A stretch of 53,594 nucleotides of DNA from a virus (Duplodnaviria; Caudoviricetes): the IMG/VR virus record IMGVR_UViG_3300044617_000068, positions 1 to 53,594 of that record. One strand, written 5' to 3'. How positions within the stretch are numbered: the stretch's first letter is position 1; each line of letters starts with the position of its first letter. Both the position numbers and the translations under genes were made by a program. This document shows positions 53,094-53,594 of this stretch, piece by piece. A model generated the notes under the pieces. That model made no database searches. It was not told where the DNA came from and saw only the letters and a list, made by a program, of their open reading frames with translations.

Positions 53094-53123
53094 AAAAAAG
53101 CCCGAGAATTTTACTTCTCGGGC
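53094..53123 (-). terminator. Intrinsic terminator
   Basis: GCCCGAGAA-ttttac-TTCTCGGGC preceded by an A6 run. Confidence 0.85.
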
Positions 53124-53150
53124 CTTGTGCGGTTTAACTTAAACTAATGA

Positions 53151-53540
53151 TTAGTTAGAGAAAGTTGCTGAAGCGGCAATTGATACTGCTTCGCCGGCTG
53201 CTGATGTGATAGCGGCATCTAGTGTACCTGTACCAGTTGCTGTTACATCGCCCCATGCACCTGTTGGGTACATAGCAACTGCTAATGTGTCATTAGTGTC
53301 AGTTGTGAACTCATAGATGTAAACAGTTGCTAACTGCTGAATTGCCTGGATAGTCGCATTAACCTGTGTACCAGTTGTACCTGTACCAGTGAAAGTTACA
53401 GTGAAGAACTCTAACTTTGGACCTTGTGGCTGTACAGTCAAACCTGAAGATACAGCGTTAACGCCTGTGTTTGTGTAATCTGGCTGATCTAACCATAGTA
53501 CTGGTTTTAGGTCGCCATTAACTCTTGTAAATTGTGCCAT
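53151..53540 (-). CDS. Small virion structural protein (head decoration-like?)
   Basis: A/T/G-rich, 129 aa; AGGAG SD, TAAATA box at 53584-53589, own terminator. Confidence 0.6.
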   Translation of the reverse strand: MAQFTRVNGDLKPVLWLDQPDYTNTGVNAVSSGLTVQPQGPKLEFFTVTFTGTGTTGTQVNATIQAIQQLATVYIYEFTTDTNDTLAVAMYPTGAWGDVTATGTGTLDAAITSAAGEAVSIAASATFSN

Positions 53541-53594
53541 TTTAAAATCTCCTAATGTTGTGAACCCTTAAGGCTCATACTATTATTTATGCCT

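Overview
A 53.6-kb, AT-rich, gene-dense fragment of a large T4-like (myovirus, probably jumbo) phage genome, mostly on the minus strand. Virion genes include tail sheath and tube, a tube-like baseplate protein, gp13/gp14/gp15-like neck proteins, a gp4-like head-completion nuclease, acidic prohead-core-like proteins, three modular tail-fibre genes (two with Thr-rich G-X-T collagen repeats), an S8 protease and a free-standing fibre-chaperone-like domain. Interspersed are host-like genes: ClpA, DnaJ, GroES, BI-1/YccA, PhoH, IscA, MazG, NUDIX, dNMP kinase, an RFC-type clamp loader, a stand-alone DnaE fragment, a PD-(D/E)xK exonuclease and several glycan-related enzymes. The most notable signal is regulatory. 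About 28 TAAATA late-promoter-like boxes precede genes, and several near-consensus sigma70 promoters lie before non-structural operons. Many genes of both classes look leaderless. Where three sigma70 operons read into late genes, 10-bp hairpins overlap the TAAATA box and hide the RBS or start codon, resembling a T4-style early/late translational switch; a fourth similar hairpin precedes the glycosyltransferase. A GC-rich multi-hairpin 5' leader at 43060-43140 is a candidate cis-regulatory RNA. No tRNA, rRNA, CRISPR array, integrase or reverse transcriptase was seen. All calls come from manual motif recognition, not database searches.
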